DNA from: Dehalococcoidia bacterium
Lineage (GTDB): Bacteria; Chloroflexota; Dehalococcoidia; Lucifugimonadales; G963668185
NCBI GenBank assembly: GCA_965261935.1
Contig: OZ253485.1
Location: forward strand, 106,832-170,831
Direction of reading: 5' to 3'
Length of the DNA stretch: 64,000 nucleotides
In this document: one piece after another, positions 63,121 to 64,000 of the stretch
Layout: every line of letters begins with the position of its first letter
Position numbering within the stretch: position 1 is the stretch's first letter
Program-made: the position numbers and the translations under genes
Notes under the pieces: generated by a model
Told to the model about the DNA's origin: nothing
Database searches by the model: none
What the model saw: only the letters and a program-made list of their open reading frames with translations

Positions 63121-64000
63121 ATGTCAAAAGAGCTAACTCCGTCCGTAGTTTACGATCTCGTGTCCGTGTCGGACCCAGCGTTGTCCTCCGACGGCAGACT
63201 TCTAACGTTCGTGCAGTCGCAGGTGAATGCCGACTCGCAGAAGACTGAATCCCGAATCAGGCTGGCTAGGCTTCCGAGTGGAGAGGCTGAGGATTTCACG
63301 GCCGGTCCGGGAGACGCCGCTCCCGCCTTCTCGCCCGACAGACGAACACTGGCGTTTCTGCGTTCGAATGCCGAGGGTCTTCGAAACCTCTGGCTCATGC
63401 CAACTGACGGCGGCGAGGCCTGGCAGCTCACTTCTACGCGCGGCGGCGTGAGTGAGTTCACCTGGTCACCCGACTCCTCAAGTCTAGCGTACGTCTCGAA
63501 CGTTGACCCGGACATTCTCCCCGAAGACCACGACCCGGCCAAGGATCCCATGACGCGCGTCGTCAGCCGGATCAGGTACCGGTACGACACGCTGGGCTGG
63601 AGAGGCGACTCGCATCGGCATCTCTTCGTCGTACATACCGAAACAGGAGAGTCCAGGCAGGTCACCGACGGCGACTGGGACGACGGGTTCGTCCGTTGGT
63701 CCCCTGACGGCTCCCAGTTGGCCTTCGTTTCGGGCCGAGCAGCCGACCGCGACACCCGGGCCGGCAGTGAGGCGTACGTCGTAGACACTGACGGGGGCGA
63801 ACCTGAGTTGCGTTCGGCCGGTCTGTTGAATGTCGTGTCCGTTTCCTGGGCCCCGGACGGAACACGGCTGTTGGCGCTGGGCAGCATGGATCCGGACAAT
63901 ATGGGACATTGGCAGGGGCGACTGTACGTCTTGGAGCCTGACCGTGGTCCGTTGGAGTTGACGGGCGAGTCACTTTCGCCAGTAGGCGGATTCCCGGGCC
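63121..64000 (+). CDS. S9 family (prolyl-oligopeptidase/acylaminoacyl-peptidase-like) peptidase, N-terminal beta-propeller part; 3' end outside the window
   Basis: Not in the ORF track because the frame is open to the window edge. The ATG at 63121 gives MSKELTPSVVYDLVSVSDPALSSDGRLLTFV...FSPDRRTLAFL...WSPDSSSLAYV...WSPDGSQLAFV...WAPDGTRLLAL, with repeated WSPDG blades. Confidence 0.75.
   Translation, partial: MSKELTPSVVYDLVSVSDPALSSDGRLLTFVQSQVNADSQKTESRIRLARLPSGEAEDFTAGPGDAAPAFSPDRRTLAFLRSNAEGLRNLWLMPTDGGEAWQLTSTRGGVSEFTWSPDSSSLAYVSNVDPDILPEDHDPAKDPMTRVVSRIRYRYDTLGWRGDSHRHLFVVHTETGESRQVTDGDWDDGFVRWSPDGSQLAFVSGRAADRDTRAGSEAYVVDTDGGEPELRSAGLLNVVSVSWAPDGTRLLALGSMDPDNMGHWQGRLYVLEPDRGPLELTGESLSPVGGFPG

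Overview
High-GC bacterial chromosomal window, mostly about 60-70% GC by eye, with lower-GC islands. No rRNA, tRNA or CRISPR array was found. The taxon cannot be determined from the sequence alone. The gene content (F420 reductase, MoxR/Bat-type operon, paralog expansion of oxygenases, dense palindromic intergenic repeats) would fit a Chloroflexota/SAR202-like or actinobacterial genome, but that is only an inference.

The dominant feature is an 11.4-kb head-to-tail array of nine paralogous Rieske non-haem-iron oxygenase alpha-subunit genes on the minus strand (3144-14500). They are of the beta-subunit-less GbcA/CntA/Stc2/choline-monooxygenase type. One copy is frameshifted, and two neighbouring copies share a 314-bp tract of perfect identity. 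No cognate reductase gene is visible. On one side the array is flanked by a BFD-[2Fe-2S] flavoprotein, a SAM methyltransferase and a homocysteine S-methyltransferase. On the other side it is flanked by an MFS transporter and a cupin.

The middle of the window is accessory-like:
- three type II toxin-antitoxin modules (hicBA, vapBC, brnTA), two of them bracketed by about 140-150-bp direct repeats
- several pseudogenes
- an IS481-family insertion sequence sitting inside a tandem REP-like repeat
- several families of composite palindromic intergenic repeats and a MITE-like element
- a candidate defence locus: a 988-aa fused PD-(D/E)xK-like / gamma-class N6-adenine methyltransferase (type IIG-like) whose 3' third drops in GC, plus an adjacent low-GC 265-aa unknown gene

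The remaining content is housekeeping or metabolic:
- a sulfatase-like / Gfo-Idh-MocA / sugar-isomerase operon
- a protease-MoxR-DUF58-VWA-VWA operon
- a methyl-cycle cluster (ahcY, metK, adenosine-kinase-like, MTA phosphorylase)
- an EF-G paralog, CoA-transferase A/B, and a 3'-truncated S9 peptidase

All functional calls rest on motif and family recognition by eye. No database search was run.
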